Below are positions 25,174-34,159 of a stretch of DNA of 64,000 nucleotides, piece after piece. The number at the start of each line of letters is the position of its first letter. Position 1 is the stretch's first letter. The position numbers were made by a program, and so were the translations under genes. The notes beneath the pieces were generated by a model. That model was given only the letters and a program-made list of their open reading frames with translations, made no database searches and was not told the origin of the DNA. The stretch covers positions 79,403 to 143,402 of the forward strand of contig CAMYKW010000004.1 in NCBI GenBank assembly GCA_947259175.1, read 5' to 3'. The stretch is from an uncultured Gammaproteobacteria bacterium. GTDB taxonomy: Bacteria; Pseudomonadota; Gammaproteobacteria; Arenicellales; JAANXG01.

Positions 25174-27549
25174 ATGACCAAGACGCACAAACCCGGATTA
25201 TTGGTCCCCCTCGACGCGGCGCGTCGTCTACGCGACGAATACTACAGTCTGGTCGAGGCGCTTTCGGCGATCAGAATGCTGTCTGATATCGATCTGCGAT
25301 CGGTTACCGAGGGTGAACTGTTGTCCCACGCCGCCACCGCTTTGGTGCGATGCCTGGATTTCGAAAACTGCAGGATCATATTGCTGCGTGACCGACGGAT
25401 CGACACGGATGTCCGTGCCCAGTGTTCGAGCGCCGAAGGCTCCGCCCCATCGGACCGGAAGCAGCGGACGGAGAGCGCCCGCACCGGGTGTTTCGAGGAT
25501 ATCGAGCTTTCGTCGCGCTGCGGCAACTGTTTGATCGAGCCGCCGGTGGCGAATGCCGATTGCCCCCACGAGGCCGATGATCCGGCGTGCGTCGCCATGC
25601 GCATCTTCGATGGTGAGGTCGTAGTCGTCCAGGGTTACAGTCGCGAGTCGGGGGAACTGCAGGTGTCGCGTCGGCGCACCCTCGTTGTGATCAGCAGCTT
25701 TTTGGGACAGCTCATGAAGAGCCACAGACTGTTCAACGACATGGAAACCCTTGTTGACGCCAAGGTTCGAGAGATCGCCAACACCAATAATCGGTTGCGC
25801 CAGGAAATCGACATACGCAAACAGGTGGAAGCCCAGGTTCACGACGCCAAGGAGAGATTCAAGGATTTCGCCGAGGTCGCCGCGGACTGGTTCTGGGAAA
25901 CCGGACCCGATCTGTCGGTGACCTACGTTTCCGAGCGCTATCAACAAGTCACCGGTGTCGATCCGCGGACCGTCATCGGAGAGTCCTATTTGCGCATGCC
26001 GCATAACGAGGCCATAGACGGCTGGGAGCAGCACATCGCTGACCTGGAAATGCAACGCGAATTCAGGAACTTCCAGTTTGTCGTCCCATGGCCTGAAGGG
26101 GAGTCGCGGATAATGAGCGTCAACGGCAAGCCGGTGTATGACGACAACGGAAAATTTCGTGGATACCGCGGCGCGGGCCAAGATATTACCCAGGCCCAGA
26201 AGTTGAGTGATGAGCTCGCCTATAACGCCACCCACGACCCCCTAACCGGGCTGATCAACAGGCAGCAGTTTGAGCTCAATGTGCAGCAGCTCATAGTGGA
26301 GTCTAAAACCCACCACTCCGAGCATTACCTCTGCTATCTCGATCTGGATCAATTCAAAGTCATCAATGACACATGCGGGCACGAGGCGGGCGACGAGTTG
26401 TTATGCCAGCTCGCGCAGCTGCTGCCGCAACAGGTGCGTAAAGATGATGTGTTCGCGCGCTTGGGGGGGGACGAGTTCGGATTACTGATAAAAAATTGTT
26501 CTACCGGTGACGCCACACGTATCGCCAATGCGTTGTATCAATCAATTCAGAAATTCCGGTTCTCCTGGGGTTCCTCCATGTTCAGCCTCGGTATCAGCAT
26601 CGGTGTTGTGCCTATCAATCAACGCACCACCAGCGTCGCCAGTGTGCTGAGCGCCGCGGACACCGCCTGCTACGTGGCAAAAAGCGAGGGACGAAACCGC
26701 ATCCACGTCAACGACGAAAATGGTGTTCAGCTGGTTCGCTGGAAGCGTGAAATGCAGTGGGTGTCGGAGATAACCCGTGCTCTGGAGGAGAACCGGCTGA
26801 CCCTCTTTTTTCAACCCATCGTCGGCGTTCTCCAAGATCACAGCTACGGGGTCAGGTACGAACTCCTGGTGAGGATGCTGGACGACGCCGGCAATCTAAT
26901 AATGCCCGGTGAATTCCTGCCCGCCGCCGAACGCTATTCCATGTCACCCAGGATTGATCGCTGGGTGGTGAACGCCGGCCTGGAGTGGCTGTCAGCGCAT
27001 CCCGGGCATGTTCAACAGCTGGCGTCCTGTTCGATCAATTTGTCCGGGCATTCAATCGGCGACCGTGAATTCTTGAAGTATTTGAACGAGCGCTTCGATG
27101 AAAAACACGTCCCGGCAGACAAGATCTGCTTCGAAATTACGGAAACCGCGGCGGTCGCCGATCTTGAAAACACACAGTCGTTTATGCAGGATTTCCGCGC
27201 CCGCGGCTTCCGGTTCGCTCTCGACGACTTCGGCAGCGGGCTGTCTTCGTTTGCGTATCTCAAGACATTGCCGGTCGATTACGTAAAAATCGACGGTTTG
27301 TTCATCAGAAATATCACCGAAAACCCCATCGAGTTTGCTATGGTCAGATCGATTAATGAAATCAGCCACCTGATGGGCAAGCAAACCATAGCGGAATATG
27401 TGGAGAGCGAACAGGCGTTGGACATGTTGCGCCGAATCGGCGTCAACTATGCGCAGGGCTTTGGCATCAGCCGCCCGTTACCGTTAACGGAAAAAGGAAT
27501 AAACGCGTTCAGGGAGCGTGCCGGCGCGAGCTGGCAATGTCCGTTTTAG
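25174..27549 (+). CDS. Sensor (N-terminal GAF-like region, PAS) GGDEF-EAL protein
   Basis: PAS region FAEVAADWFWETGPDL. I-site RKDD lies 5 residues before an intact GGDEF (ARLGGDEFGLL). EAL-domain motifs are YELLVRM, EITETA, ALDDFGSG, VKIDG and AQGFG. Confidence 0.9.
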   Translation: MTKTHKPGLLVPLDAARRLRDEYYSLVEALSAIRMLSDIDLRSVTEGELLSHAATALVRCLDFENCRIILLRDRRIDTDVRAQCSSAEGSAPSDRKQRTESARTGCFEDIELSSRCGNCLIEPPVANADCPHEADDPACVAMRIFDGEVVVVQGYSRESGELQVSRRRTLVVISSFLGQLMKSHRLFNDMETLVDAKVREIANTNNRLRQEIDIRKQVEAQVHDAKERFKDFAEVAADWFWETGPDLSVTYVSERYQQVTGVDPRTVIGESYLRMPHNEAIDGWEQHIADLEMQREFRNFQFVVPWPEGESRIMSVNGKPVYDDNGKFRGYRGAGQDITQAQKLSDELAYNATHDPLTGLINRQQFELNVQQLIVESKTHHSEHYLCYLDLDQFKVINDTCGHEAGDELLCQLAQLLPQQVRKDDVFARLGGDEFGLLIKNCSTGDATRIANALYQSIQKFRFSWGSSMFSLGISIGVVPINQRTTSVASVLSAADTACYVAKSEGRNRIHVNDENGVQLVRWKREMQWVSEITRALEENRLTLFFQPIVGVLQDHSYGVRYELLVRMLDDAGNLIMPGEFLPAAERYSMSPRIDRWVVNAGLEWLSAHPGHVQQLASCSINLSGHSIGDREFLKYLNERFDEKHVPADKICFEITETAAVADLENTQSFMQDFRARGFRFALDDFGSGLSSFAYLKTLPVDYVKIDGLFIRNITENPIEFAMVRSINEISHLMGKQTIAEYVESEQALDMLRRIGVNYAQGFGISRPLPLTEKGINAFRERAGASWQCPF

Positions 27550-28052
27550 GCGCGCGCCAGCGCCTTCGAATCGGGTGTGGCAACCGCCCCGTTTCGGTCG
27601 TAGACTTCGGGTCGGGATTGTTCACCGCGAAGATGCGCCAGCATCTGCTTGATCATGCGTTGCGCCGTGGCATTGAGTTGGGCGCTATGACTGTTGGCGT
27701 CGAGGCAACGGGCGGACAGCGAACGCACCGTCTCCCAGTCCTCTTTCAACGGCGTCTGTTGCGCGGCGTCGCAGGCGTCGAGGAATCGTTCGAAGTCGGC
27801 GGACTCCGCGGAGAAACCGGCGTCGGCGAGCTGCGAGCGGCGCTGCCGATCGAGCTGAAGCAGTGTGTCCAGGCAGCGGTCTTTCTCGTGGATGGCGTGT
27901 TCGAGCGCGGCGATATCGTTGCCCTGAAGGGCGCGCAACTCGTTATTGATGTGTCCGAGCAGGGACTGCAGGATTTCGCGCTCCTGCCGAATCACGCCCA
28001 GCAAAGACTCCGCACAGGCGGCGGCCCTTGCAGCGGCGGGCTCAGTTTCCAC
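27546..28052 (-). CDS. flgN: Flagellar chaperone FlgN
   Basis: 168-aa helical protein directly downstream of flgM and overlapping it by 11 nt. It has an FlgN-like LLGVIRQEREILQSLL..ALEHAIHEKDRCLDTLLQLD region. Confidence 0.7.
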   Translation of the reverse strand: METEPAAARAAACAESLLGVIRQEREILQSLLGHINNELRALQGNDIAALEHAIHEKDRCLDTLLQLDRQRRSQLADAGFSAESADFERFLDACDAAQQTPLKEDWETVRSLSARCLDANSHSAQLNATAQRMIKQMLAHLRGEQSRPEVYDRNGAVATPDSKALARA

Positions 28053-28380
28053 TGCGCTGCATGGCGGTGTCGAAGGCGATCAGTTTTTCCGCGACGCGAT
28101 TCGCATCGATATCGAAGCTGCCATTTTCCAGCGCCTGCTTGACTGCGGTAACACGCCGGGTGTCGACATCCGGCAGTCTTGCCAATTGTTCCTCGATTTG
28201 TTGCAGCGCGGACGCCGCCGAGGTGATGCTGACGCGGTCGTCGCGGCCGGCGGCGGAACTATCGCCCGACACCGTATGCTGTGATTCGGGTTTGGCCTCC
28301 GTGCGCTGATCGGCGCTGACGCCGCCCCCGACTCGCACGTTGTTCGGCGCCGTGGGGGAACCAATATCGTTGACTGACAT
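28042..28380 (-). CDS. flgM: Anti-sigma-28 factor FlgM
   Basis: 112 aa. C-terminal signature VDTRRVTAVKQALENGSFDIDANRVAEKLIAF. GGAGA SD. Confidence 0.88.
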   Translation of the reverse strand: MSVNDIGSPTAPNNVRVGGGVSADQRTEAKPESQHTVSGDSSAAGRDDRVSITSAASALQQIEEQLARLPDVDTRRVTAVKQALENGSFDIDANRVAEKLIAFDTAMQRSGN

Positions 28381-28409
28381 GGCTGAGTTCTCCTACCTGT
28401 TCACGCTTA

Positions 28410-28436
28410 ATAACGGCCGCAGCGACGAAAACTTTA
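28410..28436 (-). promoter_or_regulatory. sigma-28 (FliA)-type promoter for flgMN
   Basis: The minus strand reads TAAAGTTT-N11-GCCGTTAT, about 30 nt upstream of the flgM ATG. Confidence 0.65.
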
Positions 28437-28561
28437 GCGGCGCGTACATCCGCTGCGGCCCGCCGCCCGCGGCGACGCTGTCCGTGGTTCCATCGTAACT
28501 ATAAAAAGACCTATAAACAATAGGTTGCAAATTTAAGTTAATGCTAAATATCATTGCGTTG

Positions 28562-29401
28562 TCAATGATTGACGTAGATCACGCCGGCTGCGGACACCGT
28601 GCCCTCGACAATGCGACCGGAGCTCAGGTTCTTAACCCGCACGCGGTCTCCGGATGCACCATCCATCAGCGCCTTGCCTTTCATCTGCACCGCGAGCCGG
28701 CCCGCGTTCGCCAGTATGGTGACGCGCTCGCCGCGGCGCACCAGGCGTCGGTTTTCCAACGCCGATGGATCGATAATCATGCCGATGGCGAGGGGACGCC
28801 TGGCTACGCGCCCCAGGGCCTTGGACGGCGACTCCAGATAACCGGCAGTGAGGCCGGACACGTCGCGCTGCTCGAGCCTGATATGCTGGTTTCCAAGCAA
28901 GACATTGCGCGGCACCGCGCGCGTCGTGACCACCACATCGCGGTACAGTTTGACTCGAGCCGGAACATAAATCAGCCATGGCGAGGGACCCAGGCAACGT
29001 ACACCAACGGTTGTATTCCCCGACCGCGCGCCGCCCGGGGAATAAAACATCTTGAGTGGCTCGCCGCAACGCGCCAACCGCAGTCGTGGATCTATGACGC
29101 CCACTTCCACGTGGTCCGGTGACGACAGCATGCCGTTGGCGGCGCGCAGGAACTCACCCACGGCCCGGCGTATCTCGGCCACTTCCTGCACCGCATAGGC
29201 GCCCGCGGATGGCTGGGGCGCCATGCCGGCAGCCACCGCCAACGTCAACATCAAGGCGTCCGACCAGCGCCGGAACAATGACCGTGTTACCGCCCCGGCA
29301 TGACAGATACCGGGTGTGATTGAATTCGCCACTTGAGACACAAGCATACTCCTGTTATCACCGCCACCTTTCGCCACGCGCGTACTTGTCGTGGCGATCA
29401 T
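28562..29401 (-). CDS. flgA: Flagellar basal-body P-ring formation chaperone FlgA
   Basis: The C-terminal half reads GERVTILANAGRLAVQMKGKALMDGASGDRVRVKNLSSGRIVEGTV. The signal-like segment is ALMLTLAVAAGMAPQPSAGA. The start is uncertain (29401, 29347 or 29251). Confidence 0.8.
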   Translation of the reverse strand: MIATTSTRVAKGGGDNRSMLVSQVANSITPGICHAGAVTRSLFRRWSDALMLTLAVAAGMAPQPSAGAYAVQEVAEIRRAVGEFLRAANGMLSSPDHVEVGVIDPRLRLARCGEPLKMFYSPGGARSGNTTVGVRCLGPSPWLIYVPARVKLYRDVVVTTRAVPRNVLLGNQHIRLEQRDVSGLTAGYLESPSKALGRVARRPLAIGMIIDPSALENRRLVRRGERVTILANAGRLAVQMKGKALMDGASGDRVRVKNLSSGRIVEGTVSAAGVIYVNH

Positions 29402-29500
29402 CGATTACCGCTGGCGGTGTCGAATTTCCGTCGTTGCCGCCGCTACGGGTATCTGCAGCAAGAACTGTGCCGTGAACACCGGCCCATCGGCGGCGGTCAG

Positions 29501-30421
29501 CTACGCCTGGTTGTCGCCAAGGCCCGGCGCAAGGTCGCTGATGATGCGGCTCAACGCCGCGTCCCGTTGCGCGGCATAGGAGGCAATCAATTCGTCAGCG
29601 CGTCCAGGGGTGACGACCCCCGGTGCGCCCTGGGGCGCACCGACCTCGAGACCTGCGAGGGCCAAGCCCTTTTCACTCAACGCGTGCTCAATATCCGCTC
29701 TTGCGGCCTCCAGCGCGGCGCGCAGTCCCGGATCCTGGACGCCGAACGCCAGCTCCACGGTATCGTCACGGATATCGACCTGCGCTTCGATACGGCCGTA
29801 AACAGGATGGTCGACTGCGAATTCGCCATTGGGTACTTCCGCGTGCGACATATTGGCGAGCGCTTGGCCGATTTTTTCACCCAGATAGCCTGGATCCTGC
29901 AGCTTGTCTAGGGGCGGTGTTTCGTGTTTCACCGCCTCGGCGTCTGCGGCCTGGTTGTCCGCGGGCGGGGCCGGCACCTGGGCGACATCGTTGATCGCGG
30001 GTTGCTCCGTCGGCGCGCCGATGTTCGCCAGCATTTCGGCGAGGGCGTGTTGCGGTTGTTCGTCAGCGCCGCCGTGGAGGGTGTTGAATATCTCGTTGCC
30101 GTTGATCGTGATCCGTGAATAGGTCACCGATTCCAAGGTGACGCCCGACGGCGGCAGCACGCCGGCGGGTGCAAACGGAAAATTTCCGCCACCCATGGCA
30201 AGGGATTGCCACGGCGAACAACACCCGGACTGAGGCGCGGCGGCGGCAGCCAACCCCGCCTGATGGGGTGGTTGCAACTGCTGAAGCTGCTGGTTGAAAA
30301 GTGCGTGAAAAGGCGATTGACCGTCGGCGATAGCGGCGTTATGCGGGTTCGACGGCGACGCTGCGACCGGTAATCCGGTGGCGCCGTTCGGTCCAAGCAG
30401 CGATGCGAGTAGCTGTGTCAT
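29501..30421 (-). CDS. FliK-like protein (Pro/Gln/Ala-rich N-terminal part, Flg_hook-like C-terminal part)
   Basis: 306 aa with a GGAGGA SD. The C-terminal block reads EFAVDHPVYGRIEAQVDIRDDTVELAFGVQDPGLRAALEAARADIEHALSEKGLALAGLEVG. Confidence 0.5.
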   Translation of the reverse strand: MTQLLASLLGPNGATGLPVAASPSNPHNAAIADGQSPFHALFNQQLQQLQPPHQAGLAAAAAPQSGCCSPWQSLAMGGGNFPFAPAGVLPPSGVTLESVTYSRITINGNEIFNTLHGGADEQPQHALAEMLANIGAPTEQPAINDVAQVPAPPADNQAADAEAVKHETPPLDKLQDPGYLGEKIGQALANMSHAEVPNGEFAVDHPVYGRIEAQVDIRDDTVELAFGVQDPGLRAALEAARADIEHALSEKGLALAGLEVGAPQGAPGVVTPGRADELIASYAAQRDAALSRIISDLAPGLGDNQA

Positions 30422-30468
30422 GAAATCCTCCAGATCCGCAGTTTGAACAAGTAGATGGATCTGGAATC

Positions 30469-30484
30469 AGCAATGTTCGTGCCA
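30469..30484 (-). promoter_or_regulatory. sigma-54 promoter for the FliK-like gene and flgA
   Basis: The minus strand reads TGGCAC-GAACA-TTGCT, a perfect -24/-12 consensus, about 50 nt upstream of the ATG at 30421. Confidence 0.7.
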
Positions 30485-30519
30485 GATTCCACCGCAATCC
30501 GCCGGCGCCGGATACAGGC

Positions 30520-30547
30520 TAAAGAATCTCCGCGTTGCTCCCGATAA
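30520..30547 (+). promoter_or_regulatory. sigma-28 (FliA)-type promoter for motA-motB-pilZ
   Basis: TAAAGAAT-N12-CCCGATAA, about 130 nt upstream of the motA GTG. Confidence 0.5.
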
Positions 30548-30678
30548 CTAACTACGAGGTCAGAGGCTCACCGCCGCATAACGGTACCGTACCTAGCTTG
30601 AGTCACGCTATCCGGTCGGGCGGCGTGACCAAGGTGACGGTGAGGTGGTGGTTTTTCGGTTGTCTGCTGGAGAAACGT

Positions 30679-31440
30679 GTGGATGTTGCAACGTTAATTG
30701 GTCTGATCGGTTGTTTGTCAATCATCGGCGCCGCGATTGTGATTGGGCCGAACGCCCTGATATTCGTCAACGTGCCGGGATTGTTGATCGTGCTGGGCGG
30801 CACCTTCATGGCAACCCTGGTCAAATTTCCCCTGGCTACCACACTCGGCGCGTTCAAGGTTGCGGTGAAAGCGTTTTTTCACAAGTCGGAGAAACCCGAC
30901 GAATTGATCAAAACCGGGGTGGAGCTGGCGGGCATCGCGCGCAAGGGCGGTTTACTGGCATTGGAGGACACCAAGGTCAACAACGACTTCCTGCGCCAGG
31001 GCATTCAGTTGTGTGTTGACGGCCACGACCCGAAACTGGTGCGTCGCCTGTTGGTCAAGGATATCAATCTCACCATCGAACGCCACGACGAGGGGCAGGC
31101 GATCTTCAGGGCCATCGCCGATGTCGCGCCCGCGATGGGCATGATCGGCACCCTGGTCGGCCTGGTGCAAATGCTGTCCAACATGGACGATCCGAAAAAA
31201 ATCGGGCCGGCCATGGCCGTGGCGCTGCTGACCACGCTCTACGGTGCCGTCATTGCCAACGCCATCGCCATCCCCATCGCCGCCAAATTGGCGCATCGCA
31301 GCAAGGAGGAGCGGACCAACCGCTCGCTGATCCTGGAAACCATCGCCTCGATTCAGGAGGGTCTCAATCCGCATGTGATGGAGGATCTTCTCAAGACCTA
31401 CCTGCCGGGGAGCCAGCGCAAACCGAAGAAGGCCGCGTGA
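30679..31440 (+). CDS. motA: Flagellar stator protein MotA/PomA
   Basis: The GTG at 30679 with a GGAGA SD gives MDVATLIGLIGCLSIIGAAIVIG, the canonical MotA/PomA N-terminus. MotA/ExbB core reads APAMGMIGTLVGLVQML..ALLTTLYGAV. The ORF-track start at 30535 is rejected. Confidence 0.9.
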   Translation: MDVATLIGLIGCLSIIGAAIVIGPNALIFVNVPGLLIVLGGTFMATLVKFPLATTLGAFKVAVKAFFHKSEKPDELIKTGVELAGIARKGGLLALEDTKVNNDFLRQGIQLCVDGHDPKLVRRLLVKDINLTIERHDEGQAIFRAIADVAPAMGMIGTLVGLVQMLSNMDDPKKIGPAMAVALLTTLYGAVIANAIAIPIAAKLAHRSKEERTNRSLILETIASIQEGLNPHVMEDLLKTYLPGSQRKPKKAA

Positions 31441-31479
31441 GCGTATGCCGCTCCCGAACGCCAAATCCTGATTCGACCT

Positions 31480-32490
31480 ATGGACGACGCACCGTTACCA
31501 CCGAAGTCGGAACCAGAGGGCGGCGCGCCGATGTGGATGGTGACATTCGCCGATCTGGCCACCTTGCTGATGTGCTTTTTCGTCTTGATTCTAAGCTTTT
31601 CGGAGATGGACCTCATCAAGTATAAGCAGATCGCCGGTTCCATGAGCGAGGCATTCGGTTTGCAGCGGGAGGTGAAGACCAAGGAGCCGCCACGGGGTAT
31701 CAACGTGATTGCGCGTGAATTCAGCGCCGGACGACCCGAACCGACGCTGCTGAACCGCGTCGAGCAGAAGACTGTGGACCGTCTGAAACACTATCTGGAT
31801 GTGCCCGAGCCGAAGAACCTTGGCGCCGCAGACAAGATAGAATCAGGATCAAAGCAATTCGACGCGCACGGGGAAATCCCGCAACCGGCGGAAATCGAAC
31901 GCATCGAGGAAGCGCTTCGGCAGGAGATCGAGGCAGGGCTGATCGAGGTCGGGAACGAAGATAAGAAACTCGTCATCCGCATCCTGGAAAAGGGTTCATT
32001 CGCGTCCGGCGGCGCCCATATGATGTCGGAGTTCAAACCTGCGCTGGCCAAGATTGCGGCTATCCTCGAGTACACCCCGGGCGCCGTAACTGTCGCCGGT
32101 CATAGCGACGATGTACCCATCAACACGGCGCACTATCGATCCAACTGGGAGCTGTCGGCGGCCCGCTCGGCCAGTGTGCTACACGAGCTCCTCAAGCACG
32201 GCGAGCTGGACGCCACGCGTTTTCAGGTCGTCGGATTCGCCGACACCCGGCCGATAGCCGCGAATGCCACCGCTGCCGGGCGAGCGCAAAATCGCCGCGT
32301 CGAACTGATGATCATACGCGGCGACGACCGGGATGGTGCGATATTTTCGACGCGCCCACGTGCGGAGCCGGAGGTCAACACCCTGGGGATACTGGAAGCG
32401 AACACCAGGATTCTCGATGACATGATTCGATCGGTGGACCGTGGCACTGAAGCGGCACCGCGCGCCGCCGCGCCCGCCGACGGGCCGTAA
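31480..32490 (+). CDS. motB: Flagellar stator protein MotB/PomB (OmpA-like C-terminal domain)
   Basis: Plug/TM segment PMWMVTFADLATLLMCFFVLILS. OmpA-like region VAGHSDDVPI..SNWELSAARSASV..NRRVELMI. Confidence 0.9.
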   Translation: MDDAPLPPKSEPEGGAPMWMVTFADLATLLMCFFVLILSFSEMDLIKYKQIAGSMSEAFGLQREVKTKEPPRGINVIAREFSAGRPEPTLLNRVEQKTVDRLKHYLDVPEPKNLGAADKIESGSKQFDAHGEIPQPAEIERIEEALRQEIEAGLIEVGNEDKKLVIRILEKGSFASGGAHMMSEFKPALAKIAAILEYTPGAVTVAGHSDDVPINTAHYRSNWELSAARSASVLHELLKHGELDATRFQVVGFADTRPIAANATAAGRAQNRRVELMIIRGDDRDGAIFSTRPRAEPEVNTLGILEANTRILDDMIRSVDRGTEAAPRAAAPADGP

Positions 32491-32508
32491 AACGCAGGTC
32501 GACATCCG

Positions 32509-33117
32509 ATGAAGGTCAAACCCGACAAATCATCAGAGGTCCCCAGCGGGACGCCAAGCGAAAGACGCAGTTACTTTCGCATCAACGACGATGTCATTGT
32601 GAAGTACAGCGTGATCCACAGTCGCGGCGACGGCCGAAACAAGGTTGTCGACTTGCATGGACGCGACGGTATCGACCCGGTGATGGGCAACGCCGGGTTG
32701 ATGCTGAGCCGGATATCCCAGAGCGATCCTGATGTGGCGCAGTATCTGAGCTATCTCGAGTCCCGCCTGAACCAGATGTTCCGGCTGTTGCTCGCGCAGG
32801 AATTGGAATTGAGCGAATCCCGGGTCATGGAAGCAAGTCTCAGCGGCGGTGGGTTGGCGTTCTACGCCGGCGAACACCTGGCGCCACGCACCTGCCTGCA
32901 AATCAAACTGCTGCTGGTGTCCTCCTGCGTGGCGATACTCACACCGGCGCGCGTCATCCGCAGCGAGCGACGTTCCCGCTACCTTCCCACACACCCCTAC
33001 CGAATAGCGGTCGAGTTCGACGCCATCGACGAGGTTGACCGCGACGTCTTGATCAAACACATACTGAAGCGGCAAGCCGAGAAATTGCGGCATGCACCAC
33101 CGGCAGGGCCGCCGTAG
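32509..33117 (+). CDS. PilZ-domain protein with long insertion between the two c-di-GMP-binding motifs
   Basis: RRSYFR (RRxxxR) at aa 19-24 and EASLSG ((D/N)xSxxG-like) at aa 108-113. It starts 18 nt downstream of motB. Confidence 0.65.
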   Translation: MKVKPDKSSEVPSGTPSERRSYFRINDDVIVKYSVIHSRGDGRNKVVDLHGRDGIDPVMGNAGLMLSRISQSDPDVAQYLSYLESRLNQMFRLLLAQELELSESRVMEASLSGGGLAFYAGEHLAPRTCLQIKLLLVSSCVAILTPARVIRSERRSRYLPTHPYRIAVEFDAIDEVDRDVLIKHILKRQAEKLRHAPPAGPP

Positions 33118-33235
33118 CGCCACGGCCCGGGCGATGCGGCGACTTTGCCGCGGCGGCGGCAGAAGATTGCCGCGCACCGCAGCGGACGGCGCCGTCACCG
33201 CCGCGTATTGGCGGCCATCGCCACACGCGTCTCGT

Positions 33236-33251
33236 TGGCACGAAGCTTGCT
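33236..33251 (+). promoter_or_regulatory. sigma-54 promoter for flgBCDE...
   Basis: TGGCAC-GAAGC-TTGCT, a perfect consensus, 38 nt upstream of the flgB ATG. Confidence 0.75.
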
Positions 33252-33288
33252 GTTGTACTGGGGGACAGCAATTAAATCGGAGACCACA

Positions 33289-33696
33289 ATGGGATTGAGC
33301 GTGGACCACGCACTGGGCATTCACGACGACGCCTTGCTCATCAGAGCCAGGCGTGCGGCGATCTTGGCGTCCAATCTCGCCAATGCCGACACGCCGCATT
33401 TCAAGTCCCGCGACATCGATTTCAAAGACACCCTGCGGCAAATGGCTCCGGACAGCCCATCTTCGAGTGCGCGTCTGATTCGTACCCATGCCGGTCATCT
33501 GGGTGGCGCGCAAAACGCGTTATTTGTGACCGATGCCCTGTATCGCATACCGAGCCAGCCGTCACTGGATGGAAATACCGTAGATGCGGACACCGAACGG
33601 GTGGAGTTCACCAAGAATTCCATGGCCTACCTGGTCAGCCTGCGGTTGTTGAGCGGCCGTATACGCTCGGTGCTCAGCGCATTGAAAGGAGAGTAA
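33289..33696 (+). CDS. flgB: Flagellar basal-body rod protein FlgB
   Basis: ILASNLANADTPHFKSRDIDF with the ATG at 33289 downstream of the sigma-54 promoter. Confidence 0.92.
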   Translation: MGLSVDHALGIHDDALLIRARRAAILASNLANADTPHFKSRDIDFKDTLRQMAPDSPSSSARLIRTHAGHLGGAQNALFVTDALYRIPSQPSLDGNTVDADTERVEFTKNSMAYLVSLRLLSGRIRSVLSALKGE

Positions 33697-33698
33697 CC

Positions 33699-34130
33699 AT
33701 GTCTTTATTGAATGTATTCGATGTCGCCGGTTCCGGGATGAGCGCCCAGGCGCTGCGGCTGAATGTGATCGCCAGCAATCTGGCCAACGTCGATGCCGTC
33801 GCCGGCAACGCCGGTCAGGTGTATCGTGCGCGACAGCCGGTTTTCGCCACGCAGACGCCGCGCTTCGCCGCGGTGCTGGATGATTTCACCGCGCAGTCTT
33901 CGGTTGGCGTGCGGGTGGCGGGCATCGTGGAAAGCGGCGCGCCGCCAATCCGGCAATACCAACCGGGTCACCCGTTCGCGGATGAACAGGGCTATGTCCT
34001 GCATCCGAACGTCAATCCGGTGGAAGAGATGGCCAATATGATTTCCGCGTCGCGCTCTTACCAGACCAACGTGGAATTGATGAACACCTCGAAGCAACTG
34101 TTGCTGCGCACGCTTTCCCTCGGGCAGTAA
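33699..34130 (+). CDS. flgC: Flagellar basal-body rod protein FlgC
   Basis: VIASNLANVD at the N-terminus and SASRSYQTNVELMNTSKQLLLRTL at the C-terminus. Confidence 0.93.
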   Translation: MSLLNVFDVAGSGMSAQALRLNVIASNLANVDAVAGNAGQVYRARQPVFATQTPRFAAVLDDFTAQSSVGVRVAGIVESGAPPIRQYQPGHPFADEQGYVLHPNVNPVEEMANMISASRSYQTNVELMNTSKQLLLRTLSLGQ

Positions 34131-34159
34131 TCGATGAAACTTAAAACAGAGTTCGCGCC

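Noticed and set aside
30535-30678. A 48-codon N-terminal extension of motA in the ORF track.
   Set aside because: The canonical MotA/PomA N-terminus (MDVATLIGLIG) starts at the GTG at 30679 with a GGAGA SD. The extension would also overlap the predicted sigma-28 promoter and leader.
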